A stretch of 64,000 bases of DNA from Elsinoe ampelina. Its lineage: Eukaryota. This document shows, one piece after another, positions 33,987 to 46,521 of the stretch (the first letter of the stretch is position 1; each line of letters starts with the position of its first letter). The notes under the pieces were generated by a model. The model was not told where the DNA came from. It saw only the letters and a list, made by a program, of their open reading frames with translations, and searched no databases. Both the position numbers and the translations under genes were made by a program. The stretch spans positions 692,551 through 756,550 of the forward strand of contig ML992506.1 of assembly GCA_010093995.1 (NCBI GenBank), in the 5' to 3' direction.

Positions 33987-36011
33987 GAGCCTCTGGAATG
34001 TCACGATGATATCCAGTTACATTACTGCCTTATCCTGTAAGTCCCGATACCAGAACGTTGGTAATCTGGTGACAATAGCGATTGCTAACAACCTGGCATA
34101 GCATGTCGATACTGGGAGGTCAAAAACGGCACGGCACGCAGTCCACTGGACCAGGTTGGCCGATCTGCAGTACAGCACATCTACGCTTCTTAGCCTAGGA
34201 AGATGCGTCAATTGTGCCCGGCACAAGATGTACCCGCAAAGGAACATCAGCGACACGCAAAATTTGGCCGCATGCCCCAGCACCTGTCAGGTCACGTTGC
34301 ACATGACGTGCTAAGTACTGTCTGATGCGTCGGATACCCACCAAAACCCGGTCGGACAGGCCAAAACCCTGCATGAACAGCCCTTGGGATGTCTCTTGCT
34401 GTTTCCGGTCTTGCGATCCGGAAAGGCACGCCTATCCCACGGGCTTCTTCCAATCTCGTCAAATCCAAGTCATACTCTTCTTGTCATATATTACCTCAAA
34501 TCTTATTCCCGCCAAGGACATGCTTCCACACCATGAAGTACCTGCTGATTGCTCTTGCTTGGTTGGATCTTGTACAGATTGGCTTAAGGTGAGCTCATCC
34601 CGTCCAGTGCGCACCTCTGCTGAGCTGGTCCGACGCCATGCGTAGTTCACATGAAATCAAGGGCGTGCTGGCGGGATCAATCTGTCGCTGTCCCTCTCAA
34701 AGGGTATTCGCGATGTCATTGACAAGTGTGCTCCGCAACGCGTTTACTCAGCTCGGAAGCTACACCGAACAACTACGACAAGTCAACGAATAATATTGAG
34801 CGAGGTGTAGGGTCAGTGGATTGGATTGCCTTTCCTCATAATTGGATCGGAGGAAGCTGCCACGACAAGTAGGCTCTGCGGACTATTTCATCGCGCAGGA
34901 ATCATCCTTTTATGTACGGCACGTATTCGATGATGATGAGGGTCCAAACCTGCCGCGCGCCTGATCCCCAACCATTGGGCGCTAATCAACTGCTACCCAT
35001 GCGCCACTGGCTATACGAGCATCGTGGAGGTGAAGATGGCTCGACGCACTCGACAGCGTAGGCTAAGAGGATCAGGAGGTCGTAATTCGGCCCACCTCTC
35101 ACGATAGCGCCCGTGAAAGGGACGGAGTCTCTCGGTGTATCTTGGAGTCAAAGAACACCTATGTGGTACGTACCTGCCACGCGAAAAGGGATCCCGTCCG
35201 ACGACCTTGATCACCCCAAGGGAGTCCGACCATCACCGTGCCCTGCACCAGCATAGATATGCCTACACCTCTGAATATTCGGCCACGGCTCACAATTGCT
35301 CTCGCGACTGCTGCAACAAAAACGAACTTCCGCCTGACCAAAGGCTCGAGCTGATCTTGCAGATCAACCATCTTCATCGGACTCACTGATCAACACAAGT
35401 CGGAGAGCATGCACTGCGGTATGCTGTGCAATGCTTCTTTGGTCCGGAACATCTGCCAGTCGGCCTCTGCTGCGTGCATGGTGTTTTTATGATCCATCGG
35501 TCGCGTCTGGACAATGCCATGTAGAGATCATCCCAACCTTTCGGTCGCTATTAGCCACCCACTAAGAGGTCTTTAAGATCGATACACAGCAGTATATAGT
35601 GAGATCTTGCCAGCCTAAATAAAGAGATCTGTAACCCCAGGACGCATTTCATTGCAATTATGACCTCCTTCAGATCCTTCAGAGGTGACAATCGTGATAA
35701 ATCATGTTCTTGTGCTCCATCAAGACGCTCGGAAATCGGCTTAAGAATGCAGGAGTTGTCCTAAAGGCGGTGACTGCTTCGTGAAGTTACAAGAATACCA
35801 TGGAATCCGATGACTGCAGATCTAATCGACGATCGCACTAACGGCGACTATAAGCTCACATCAGGTATGGCTACTAATCAGCTCCAGTCCACGGAGCCCG
35901 CTGCATGCAGCGGTCTTTTCCGCGAGAATGAACAGATCCAGAAACTAGTGGTGCAGCAATTGCAGACCTGCAAAACTGTACGTAGAGGCCCTGATCGCTA
36001 CAGCCGGGGAT

Positions 36012-39000
36012 TTGATTCAGGGTCCGCCCCTCTCCTGTCTCTCGAGTCATGGGTTGCGGTGCGGTGAAGCAGCCCGGAGGAATGGGTTCAGGGTCAAAGG
36101 CGTCCAAAGAAACCTCCATCCCCACCTGCACCACCATCAGAATTCGATCAAGGCAACTTTTCCTGCGCATCACACTGGGCGACTGACCCCGACTCAGACA
36201 TCTTCTAAACAACACATACGTCCAGACAAGAAACACACTTGCACAACTCTATCGTTCACTGTTTCGGGGCAATGGTGGAAACCTTTCGTTGCACTTGCCA
36301 AGGCACAACAGCTGTTCTCCTCTGATGGGTCATCGTTGACACTCGATACCTGTATTGGTGCCGTTGTCTAGCATTAGGGGCCGTGAAACGTCTGGGATGG
36401 CGAGCCCGTTGGCGCTCGCAAATCTTCTGCAAACGAACGGAGCATCCGTTGGCCTGCCTGAACACCTCGTTGCTGGCAGTCGAGAGCGGTGCGTGAACTT
36501 CCGTGAAGGACCCTTACAAATGTCGAACACAATTTTCGGTACAGTGTCAACACCCACGCGACAGGAAGAGGGACCACGCGAGTGCCAGGCCTGTCGATGC
36601 AGGTGGATTCCCGTCGTGCCACCCACGGTAATGTTGATCATTATGACCAAGTCCTGCCAGCACGGCTTTCACGCTTTGTTGCATGGCGTGAAGGCGCTCA
36701 TAGTCACATTCGAGCTAACCGAATACGGCTAGAGGAATCACCCAGGTCAAATGTCGAACTTGCCCTGCATCTTGATTGCCACGTCTTGTCGCGTACTGCC
36801 AAGCGAGTAACCACAAAGACGAGGTTGCTTGTCTCTATCCGACGAGCACGAGAACACATTGCATTAAGTCGATAACCGTTGGACCCAATTTTCGAGATGT
36901 TCGCCCAGCATGCATCCAGCGAAGCTCCCACGACACCTCCAAGCTATCTGGGTCATTTTTCCAGGACAAGGATTAGCAAATAACTTTAATGAGCTTCCAG
37001 ACTCCGGATCCTTCCCAGAGCTCATTTTCAATTGCACGAGTTGATCTGTCTGGATGAACTGACCCATCAATCATAGTGCCTGGGTCATTGAACGCGCCGA
37101 GGGCTCGACCGTGCGGGAAGAGGTAGAGAATCTGCTCACGTGTATACCGTCGGGACCACTGACTCGTCACAGACCAAAGTGAACTCGTTCAAAAATCACC
37201 CTGCAGGCCCCTCACGGGTCCTCGGAGTCGCCGATCATTGTGCCTCAAGGACACAATGCTGCAACGACTAATCATGCATCTTGCGGCCGGGCGTTCAGCC
37301 GTATAATGAGTGGGACTCGAGACGGTTCATCCAGCAACAACGCGTCAGATCTTGCGTAATGCTTCGGGGTCCGGCAAGGGGCAGATGTCTAGCTAGCCCG
37401 AAGCCGGATTGACTAGAACCACAGTACACATTGTGCCCTACTAAGCTGTACAGATACGCAAGAGCTTTCAAGGCGTACTCACCCAAACACCTCTGTACAT
37501 GTGTGTTGCGGGGTTTGAAACTGCTGCGCATGGCCTATGACCAACCAGAAAGCTTCGTCCGACCTCGAGTTCTCAACTCAAATCCCGCACAAGAAGTGAA
37601 TCTTATCAGATGGATGGAGTCATTGCTTCCCACAGCGTTTTAGCTGGGGTCGGCTCCTTGCGTCCAAAACTGCTTGGTGATTTCACGACAAAGAGGGCAA
37701 AAAACATTGATACCTGCGGCAATTCTGCAGGAAGTCAAGAACTTGGTTGTCGAGAGCACCAAGGCCGACGCGTTTACGTATCTAGTATCAACCACCGCGC
37801 GATCTCTTCCCGACATCAACGAGTTCGAAGTCGGCAGTAGGAAGTAGCATGACACAAGAAGAAGACTGGTACAGACTCGACGGAAGCGTCGCATGCGATT
37901 CATCATGCCAGCTACAACCAAGACTCACACACATTGCGACGAGGTCGTTATGGACTTGACATGGTATTCACATCCGGTCCGCGACCATTGATCTCGGAGC
38001 GCCGTGTCTCGATTCACGGCATTGAAGACTCATTTACGACTTTGCCTTCGTCCGTGTAGTCGCGAAGCGCGATACTTCTTGATCTGTCGACAAGAGAGGC
38101 ATGAGTACCCGAAGAGTCTCGTATCGGCATTTTTCCCTTCTGATGGGGACTGTATTGAGATTTCTCATCTCGGACACTTCCTTCGCGTCGAAACCGACCG
38201 CACACAGTCACATTTGTCCCAACTCCCTTTCTAGTCTCAAATGGTGTGGGTGCGTCGGGAATACCTGCAAGAATCTTCGCGTTTCAAGCTGACAACCAAG
38301 ACACTAGAGGAACTTTGCTTACGGTCAACGAGATACCGAGATACATGGAAGGAGAATAGAGCGATTACTCTGCATCAGCCAGAGGCGTCATCGACCGACG
38401 TTGAAAGACTTCTAGCAAGGTTTACGCCATGTCTGAGCTTCTTCACGACTTCACCTGACAGACGCGCCGAGTAGAAATTGGGTGAGAGGACGATGCGCCT
38501 CAAGAACGTCCACAGCGATCTAGCAATGATCATGAGGCTACCTTCAATATCGCCAAAGCTTCTATCGTTCCTTTAACAATGGTGCGACCACCTTGGGCAT
38601 GGTCGAGAGAGTGGTCTATCCTCACCAAATTAAGCTCAAGGTTTCGGATGACAGAACTGCAAAGAGTCGGTGAAACAAAGATACACAATGACATGGTCTG
38701 AGAGATCATCCCGGGCACCGTGAGAGGCTGAGCCGCTGGCGGCGCTACTCGTCGGGACATGTTCGCGAACGTCATCCCCAAAGCTGCTTCGCATCTCCAC
38801 GTGAGGGATTCCTCGATTTGTCGGGGAACAATCCACAACACATCAGTCCACAAAGCAAAAGAGGACGGCCGAATGTGAGACTTCGAGAACTGCAAAGATT
38901 GGACATGGTTGTCACACTCATATATTGGCGAACGAGATCGGTGTACACGTGCTAGCTACACCAGGTAACACCTCTCTCGGCAGATTTCCAATCCGTATCG

Positions 39001-39158
39001 GCACGCTTCCACTACAGGCTCCTTTCCAGAACACTCCCCAGTCGACCAATCACTTGCACAATTCCCAATGGTGCGTTGTCAAACCTCCCGGAGATCCTGG
39101 GGTTGAAAAGCAGTCCAGCAATTCCGACAAGAACTCTGACGGAACTGAGAGGAGTTGA
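36012..39158 (+). pseudogene. Possible decayed long gene of unknown family
   Basis: ORF fragments 36012-36371, 36582-36875, 37431-37643, 38004-38234, 38241-38474 and 38925-39158 all lie in one + frame. From 37431 to ~38474 this frame has only isolated stops. Confidence 0.35.
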
Positions 39159-39374
39159 TGGATGGAAGCTTGACTTTTGTATTATGATTACAGATTATAG
39201 TAAGTATTAAAAGTATTAAAAGTGTTACCGAGTCAATATGCACCATCCGAAGCGAAATCCCTTAAACCCAAATGAGTGTCTCCACCTCTGCATCCCAAGT
39301 AAAAAAACACCGCCAACTCCTCGCTCCCGCTGATCAAAAGAGTGCATCAAGAGAGTGCATCACACACCACCCTC

Positions 39375-40517
39375 TCACAGGACCAGCACCATAAAAGCAG
39401 CGACACCAGCCAACGCCAACCCCGCGCCCATCTTCTCCGCCCCTCCAGTGAACGGCGGCGGGATCGGCCTCCCACTCGTCCCCGGCGCCGTCCCGTTGCG
39501 CGGCGGCTGCGGCGTCCCAGTCGCGGTCGTCTGAGGCGGGACGACGGACACCGAGCCTGAGGGACCGCTGGGCTTGCTTGGACCCGGGGCAGTGCCGGAC
39601 GGGAGCGGACCATTGCACAACCGGGCGTTGCAGGAGTTGTAAGCGCATTGCTCGTTCTTGGTGCAGGCGGCGTTGAAGTTGCCGCAGCGGCGGATGAGCA
39701 TGGCGTTGCTGGCCCAGCATTGGGCGCCGTTGGAGCACTGTGCGTCGGTGGAGCATTGTTCGCCGAGCTTGAGGGAGCCGATGGGGGCGTTGACGGGGGG
39801 GACGGGGGGTTGGGAGCCGGAGGTGGGAGGGGGGTTGTTGGTGGGTGGTTGAGGGGCGGGGGTGGGAGGGTTGGGGGGAGTGCTGGTTGGTGGTGGTCCG
39901 TTGCAGAGGCCGTTGTTGCAGGTGGTGCCGTCGCATTGGGTGTTGTTGGTGCAGGCTGCGTTGAAGCCGCCGCAGCGCTTGACTTTCATGACGTTGCTGG
40001 CGAAGCATTGGGCTCCGTTGGCGCAGTCTTTGTCGATGCCGCATTGTTCACCGAGCTTGAGGGAGCCGATGGGGACGTTGATGGGTGGGACGGGGGGCTG
40101 GTTGCCGGTGGGAGGTGGGGTGGTGGTAGCTGGAGGTCCGTTGCAGAGGCCGTTCAGACAGGTCTGGCCTGAGCATTGCGAATCCTTGGTGCAGGCAGCG
40201 TTGAAACCACCGCACTTCTTCTGGCCGAGGACGTTGGAGGCGAAGCATTGAGCTCCCCCAGCGCACTCTGCATCAGTGCCGCAAGGAGATCCGACAGGAA
40301 GGTTGCTGGGAGGCTCGGGCTTCGGGTTGGGGTCGTAGCAAGACTTGTCGCCAGTCTTGCAGTAGCTGCGCTCACAAGCGCAGGAGGCTTCGGGCTGTCC
40401 AGCGCTCAAACAGACCAAGTAGCGTCTGTCGCAGAGGTCGGTGATCTGACGACGATCAAAGGAGGTGGCAGTGGCGCTGGCAATGGCCAAGGCGGAAAAG
40501 ATGAGAACGTTGCGCAT
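39375..40517 (-). CDS. Secreted, probably GPI-anchored Cys-rich repeat cell-surface protein
   Basis: Signal peptide MRNVLIFSALAIASATA, dibasic 'DRR', 6-Cys N-domain, three 8-Cys repeats separated by Pro/Thr/Asn linkers, C-terminal 'FTGGAEKMGAGLALAGVAAFMVLVL' GPI-type signal. Confidence 0.9.
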   Translation of the reverse strand: MRNVLIFSALAIASATATSFDRRQITDLCDRRYLVCLSAGQPEASCACERSYCKTGDKSCYDPNPKPEPPSNLPVGSPCGTDAECAGGAQCFASNVLGQKKCGGFNAACTKDSQCSGQTCLNGLCNGPPATTTPPPTGNQPPVPPINVPIGSLKLGEQCGIDKDCANGAQCFASNVMKVKRCGGFNAACTNNTQCDGTTCNNGLCNGPPPTSTPPNPPTPAPQPPTNNPPPTSGSQPPVPPVNAPIGSLKLGEQCSTDAQCSNGAQCWASNAMLIRRCGNFNAACTKNEQCAYNSCNARLCNGPLPSGTAPGPSKPSGPSGSVSVVPPQTTATGTPQPPRNGTAPGTSGRPIPPPFTGGAEKMGAGLALAGVAAFMVLVL

Positions 40518-40691
40518 GCTGAATGAGAAGGTGGGAGTTGCAACTATGATTATGGTGGGTATTTTGTGTGGGTAAGGAAATGAAGCGAGTGTCTTTGAAG
40601 TGTGTAGCGAATGTGCTGTAATGAGAAGCTTTGAGCGAATGTGTTTGGTTTGATGGAGAATGAAATTCTTGTCAAGGAAAGGATCGTCATC

Positions 40692-40697
40692 TTTATA
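40692..40697 (-). promoter_or_regulatory. Candidate TATA box (TATAAA) of the Cys-rich surface protein gene
   Basis: TATAAA on the minus strand ~175 nt upstream of ATG 40517, followed by a C/A/T-rich leader. Confidence 0.4.
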
Positions 40698-41271
40698 GAC
40701 ATACCAATTGTCTATTGAGATGCGGTGAGTATGAAATCCGACATGTCAGCGATCGGAGTAGACGAAGTGGTAGTGGGAGGTTCTGCAGGTGCTGCGCCCT
40801 CGTATACCGCCAAAACCAGTCACAATCTGTCAGCCACTCGGTGTAACCGTACCTTCACGGGCGTCGTGCCCAGAGAAACCATTCAAAACTGTTGTATTTT
40901 TGGCAGAGCGCTGACCTTGTGACGCCATGCTGTCACCGTACCTGATTTGAAAGCACCTTCAGATCAGTTTGGTAGCGTCCCACCTGTTCGGAGTGTAAAT
41001 GAGGAGCGAGAGATGGAAAACTCCAAGAATGCGACACGAACTTTGGCATCGCGGAGACCAGATGCCTCCAGCCAATCAGCGTATGCCATACCGAGGTGGT
41101 TTGACAGATCTCGCCAATTCCTTCCCAGATCTGTGGGGTCGCATCGGAGCTCTTTTGCTGTGACGCAGCAGCCTTCTGTTCGCTTCGTACCTACACTCAC
41201 TCGACCACCGTACTGCCACAAGCAGAATATGCCCCCAGTACAACCCAGATGAAGGCAGCCAGCTAGCGCAA

Positions 41272-44147
41272 ATGGCCGAGGACGGTGCTCCACCTGTCAA
41301 GCTCTCTCTACCCCTGGTACGATACGCGACAACCCGACTCATTCTCGCCTTGCTGACATCCATCAGGAATTCCAGCAGGACATATTCCGGGAGCTTCGCG
41401 AGGAAGACGAGCTCGTAGTCATAGCGCGCGGTCTTGGCCTTCTACGAATAGTCACAAATCTCCTCCACTCGTACGACGCCGCCGGTAACTCTCTCGTGAT
41501 CCTGGTCGGCGCAGACGACCGCGAAAATGGCTGGATTGGAGAGGCGCTGGCCGAGCATGCGGCCATCAGCGGCCCCTCGAAATGCAGAGGCCTCAATCTC
41601 ATCAAAACTGAGATTATGACGGTAGAGAGGCGGCAAGACATGTATGCAAAAGGAGGGGTCTTCAGCATCACATCCCAGATCTTGATCGTCGACTTCCTGT
41701 CAGGCGTCCTTGATCCAGCAGTAGTGACCGGCTTGGTCATGCTTCATGCCGAGAGGGTTGTTGCGACCGCCACAGAAGCTTTCATCGCAAGAGCGTACCG
41801 ACAGAAGAATAAGACAGGCTTTCTCAAAGCCTTCTCGGACGCGCCTGAGCCCTTAACCACTGGCTTTTCCCCTCTGAGCACGACCTTGCGGAACCTGTTC
41901 CTTCGCAAGCCTGCGCTATATCCAAGATTCCATGTCACGGTGGCGCAATCGTTGGAGGGTAAAAGAAAGGCAGAAGTCATAGAGCTTGAAGTACCCATGA
42001 CAGACTCGATGCGTGACATTCAAAACGCCGTCCTCGAGTGCATAGCTGTGAGCATCGGCGAGCTGAAGAAAGGCAATCCTGGCCTGGACATGGAAGACTG
42101 GAATGAGGACAGCGCTCTGCACAAGAATTTTGACGGCATTGTTCGGCGTCAGCTCAACCCTGTGTGGCATAGGACCAGCTTCCGCACGAAACAGATTGTT
42201 CGTGATCTCGCTATACTGAGGAGCATTTTGCACTACCTACTCGCTTTCGATGCTGTTTCATTCAATCGGTATCTTGATACTGTGCTTGCAGCCTCGGCTC
42301 CACCTCCCGGGTCGAACAGGCAAAATCAATCGCCGTGGCTCTTCCTCGATGCTGCTCATACCATCTTTGACACCTCAAAGCGAAGAGTCTTCACAGGTAA
42401 GATGGCAGACGGTCAGTCTTTACACGCCGCACATGGCATTCCCGACTCCCTACATCCTGTCTTAGAAGAATTACCCAAGTGGGCACTGCTGTCTGAGATA
42501 CTGGACGAGATTGAACGCGACATGTACTTCAATCCTTCACCCCAAGATTCATCCAACAACACCATCCTGATCATGTGCGGCGATCAGTCGACTTGCAGCC
42601 AGATCCGTGAATACCTGCAAAGCATGTGGACCATGCCTGAAAACGCCAAGGATGACGATGACCCAGACTCGTATATGGCTGAGAAACCCTCCGCCAAGTC
42701 GATGCTGCGCAAGAAGCTTAGGAACTACCTGCTGTGGAAACGAGACTTCAACAAGTTTTCCGCATCGCTTTTCCAGGAAAACCAGAAGGCCATCAATGGT
42801 GTGACAGACTATCGTAGCAGGCCTGGCGAGAAAGGTCGAGGAGGCGGCGCCCCGGCTAACAAACGGAGACGTATACGAGGAGGATCAGCAGCTGCCTCAG
42901 CTCCCACCCGCACACCCACGGGTGCCATCCGTGTCCCAGGTGACAAAGAAGCACATCTGGCAAGCCTCATGGCCGATCTTGCACCGACAGAAGCCGAAGC
43001 CGCTCAAAAAGCAGAAATCGGTGCCGACCCACTCGACGACATGGACGATTATTTCGAGCTTTACGATATGCACGATCTACTCGTAGTGCATCCTTACGAC
43101 GGTGACATGGACGAGCATGTCTTGGCCGAAGTCAAGCCAAGGTACATCATCATGTACGAACCCGACGCAGCTTTCATCCGACGAGTGGAAGTGTACCGAT
43201 CAAGTCATGGTGACAGAAGTGTACGAGTCTACTTCATGTACTACGGCGGATCCGTGGAAGAACGACGCTACCTCGACGCCGTCCGTCGAGAGAAGGATGC
43301 ATTCACAAAACTCATCCGCGAACGAGGCAGCATGGCCCTGACCTTCACCCACGACACCGCCAACCTCGACCCGCAAGAAGCCTTCCTGCGCACCGTCAAC
43401 ACCCGCATCGCCGGCGGCGGCCGCCTCCTCGCCACCGCCGAGCCTCCCCGCGTGGTAGTCGACGTGCGCGAATTCCGCTCCAGCCTCCCCTCGCTCCTCC
43501 ACGGCCGCAACATCGTCATCGTCCCCTGCATGCTCACAGTAGGCGACTACGTCCTGACCCCAGACATCTGCATCGAGCGCAAATCCGTCAGCGATCTCAT
43601 CAGCAGTTTCGCGTCCGGCCGCCTCTACCACCAAGCCGAAGTGATGCTCCAACACTACAAATCACCCATGCTCCTCATCGAATTCGACCAGCAGAAATCC
43701 TTCACCCTCGAGCCTTTCGCCGACCTGAGCAACGCCGTCGGCAGCACGGGACTGGGTCAAAGCGACCTGCACACCAAAATCGTGCAGCTGACCATCGCCT
43801 TCCCCAGGCTGAAAATCATCTGGTCCTCCTCCCCGTACCAGACGGCGGAGATCTTCGACGAGTTGAAGAAGTTGCAGGAGGAGCCGGATCCGGTCAAGGC
43901 GGTGAGCATCGGCCTGAACCAGAACGGCGAGGACGAGGAGGGGGGCAAGACGTTCGCGCAGGCGCCGATGGATATGTTGCGCATGGTGCCTGGGGTGACG
44001 CCGAAGAATTTGGGCAAGTTGGTGCTGGAGATGGAGAGTGTGGTGGAGGTGGCGAATGCGGGGGAGGAGGAGTTGGGGGTTTTGATTGGGAGGGAGGCGG
44101 CGAGGCCGATGAGGAGGTTTTTTGGGAGGAGTGTGTTTGAGGATTAG
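41272..44147 (+). CDS. RAD1: XPF/ERCC4 structure-specific endonuclease (Rad1/Rad16/MUS-38)
   Basis: ATG 41272, intron 41317-41366. Helicase-like 'GGVFSITSQILIVD', 'KTGFLKAFSDAPE'; nuclease 'VVVDVREFRSSLP...VGDYVL...CIERKSVSDL'; C-terminal HhH2. Confidence 0.96.
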
Positions 44148-44262
44148 ACCGAGGGGATATTGGGACTGGGATGGGGTTGGGGATGTTATACATGGTTTGG
44201 TACATTGTTCTTGCCTGCCTGAACGCCGATCTGCCAAGGTGCTCGTCGTGTGCGTGTGTGTG

Positions 44263-44978
44263 CTACTTCTGGGACATGGCTTTGATCTCGGCTTTGCGGG
44301 CGTCTATCGCTGCTTGCTCTGCTCGCCGCTCCGCGAGGAGCTTTTGTACGCCTTCTTCTTTTTGGCGTGCTTGGTCTTCTTCCATGGCTGCCCATACTGG
44401 TCAAGTCAGTACCATGATCTAATGCTCTCGTCATGTCTCCGCTGGTGCCCGCCCCCTACTGCTCCTCCGAGTGTATATTGGTTGAAGACCGGGAATGTGA
44501 CTGGGGTGGCAGAACGAAAGACTCACTGGGTTTGTCACTCTTCGAGTACTGCTTCAATCTCGTCACGAAGGCGTCAAAGTCTTCTTGCTTCTCCTGACGC
44601 CGCTCGAGTGACCGCCGTTGCAGTTCTGGATTGTACCGCAGGAATAGCTCTTCTTCTGAGGGTGTGACGTAGTAGATCAGGGCTGGGCCGCCAATGCACA
44701 TTGCTGCGCCGCTTGAGTGGTGTCAGATATGTGACGGACAGGCTCTCGTGGTAGCAGAAAGCAGGGGTCTAGAGAAGGTTTGTGAAGTGAAGTTGTGTAA
44801 AGTGGCGGCCCGGAGATGGAGCAATGAAAGGGGATGGGGAAACGGTAAAGCAGGTATTTCTACAGACGAGAACGTGTGCGGAGCAAGATAGCGATGTATG
44901 GAAAGGATTGGAATAATAAGAACGCAGATGCAGTACGTACGCTACGCCCATCTTGATCCAGGTCGCTGTGCGGGACAT
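44263..44978 (-). CDS. CBP4: Cytochrome b/complex III assembly factor Cbp4
   Basis: [47 protein letters not shown]...YSKSDKP|IWAAMEED...; introns 44940-44712 and ~44526-44398; stop 44263-44265. Confidence 0.92.
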
Positions 44979-45746
44979 TGTGGTGGCGAGAGATTTCGAG
45001 GGAGTCGCGGAAGGGCGTGTCGTCTTCTCAGCGATGCAGTAGAGGTGTTAAGTCCTTCTCGCAAGAAAATTTACAAAGCGTAATTACTGGATGGGATTTG
45101 TTGATGTTAATGTTGAAGTCTTCTACCGATGTCATGGTCGACTTCATTGACGAAGTTTTTGCTTGGCGTCATCGATTCTGGCCAAGACGCCACTGGTCAC
45201 GCAGCGTATCACAATAGGGGCATCTTACAAGGAACAAAGCAAAGGAGAAGGGCATTAGCAGCCTTTATTAAGGCATTATACGTCCATCGGAGGAACGTTT
45301 ACGTGCAAAAATAGTCCGCTGCTTCTCCCTCGATGCCTCAAATTCCACGATTGCGACGCACGTCTATATTGTGATGCTCAAACTACAGTATATACATGGT
45401 CGGGCTGCCGTGCTTAGATCTGCCATCGCCCTTCCCTCGTATCGTCTAATTTGTCATCGGAATGACAATGCCAGTCCTTCTGAGGTGCGATCTGTCGTCA
45501 CTTGTGACAAGATCACAAGACTACCTTGAGTCGTCCCTTGGACGTCCGAAATGGTTCCATCATGGTTCTTCAGGGCGACTTTAGCCTCCATGCTCGCATT
45601 TGGCTCATCCCTGGCAAATGTTCGATGCCTTCCCCGTCGTCCGCTGCTCATCTTGGACCGTAGCGGCTGGCAGTATGAGTGTGCATGCGGGTACTGTTTC
45701 AGTGTTTGATGCGTGAATGCTTCGGTGCTGATGCGTTGATGGCCGG

Positions 45747-46366
45747 TCAAACGCTTGTTATGTTCGACTTTGCAAAAGGATCAGCTCCGTCGGAGTTTAG
45801 AAGTTGCACGACCCTCCCGTCCTCGGTTTCCAGGCTCCATACTAGCGTCTGAAACTATCCACATGTCAGCGTCACGCTCCAGTATCCGTCACCCGCATCA
45901 TGCATACATATCCCATCCTGTACTTCCTCTCGCTCTTGAATCGCATCAGGGCCTTTTGCTTCCGTCCTTTGACCCAAAACTTGATGTCTATTCTCCCGTG
46001 CAGTTGATTTAACTCTCCACTAATCCACGGGAACTTGCTCGCAAAGTAGATTTCGTCTCCCAAAATTTCTCTTGCTTGGCTGTTCGTCCGAAGGGCGTAG
46101 AGAGTGCTGGATACTACCGACGACGATGACTTCTGGTAGTTGAATATGGCGGCTGTGGAGAGCCCCATCACAAGTAAGAACACTGGGACTGTCTTGAGCC
46201 ATCGCCGGGAGTTGTTGACCGAAGGAAGTTCGCGATCTGCTCGTCGGCTCATAAGAGGTCCAGAACCAGGCTTCGGCGCGGCGATGAGTGTTCTTCGAAA
46301 CGCGCCATATGGGCGAAGCGAAGCAGATCCTGTGCTTCGCCTTAGGCCAAGATGCCGTAGAATCAT
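45747..46366 (-). CDS. COA1: Cytochrome c oxidase assembly factor Coa1
   Basis: 'AIFNYQKSSSSVVSSTLYALRT...LGDEIYFA...WISGELNQLHGRIDIKFWVKG'; after a GTATGC..CTGAC..TAG intron, 'FQTLVWSLETEDGRVVQLL'. Confidence 0.9.
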
Positions 46367-46521
46367 GCTGTCGGTGTTGTGGTAATCTAATGGAGGAAGG
46401 AAGAGGTCTTTTGACGGTCTCGGATGACGATGGCCCCGCAGCAGCTTCAACTTCAAGCTTCGGACAACAAGAACCTTTGCTTCACCTTTCCCGCAGTACA
46501 ACACCAATCCGCTTGCGCACA

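Noticed and set aside
31437..35560. 13-nt direct repeat CTATTAGCCACCC at 31437 and 35548 as possible element ends or LTR remnant
   Set aside because: One such match is roughly expected by chance in 8 kb; flanking similarity is slight.
15981..44147. DNA-repair gene cluster (glycosylase, UBC13, XPF)
   Set aside because: The genes are far apart and interspersed with unrelated housekeeping genes; consistent with chance.
44712..44940. H/ACA snoRNA or stwintron within CBP4 intron 1
   Set aside because: ACA and ANANNA-like words are present but there are no convincing hairpins, and no internal acceptor regenerates a donor.
45454..45750. 98-aa minus-strand ORF between COA1 and CBP4
   Set aside because: Starts at the COA1 stop, probably 3' UTR; no motifs or clear codon bias.
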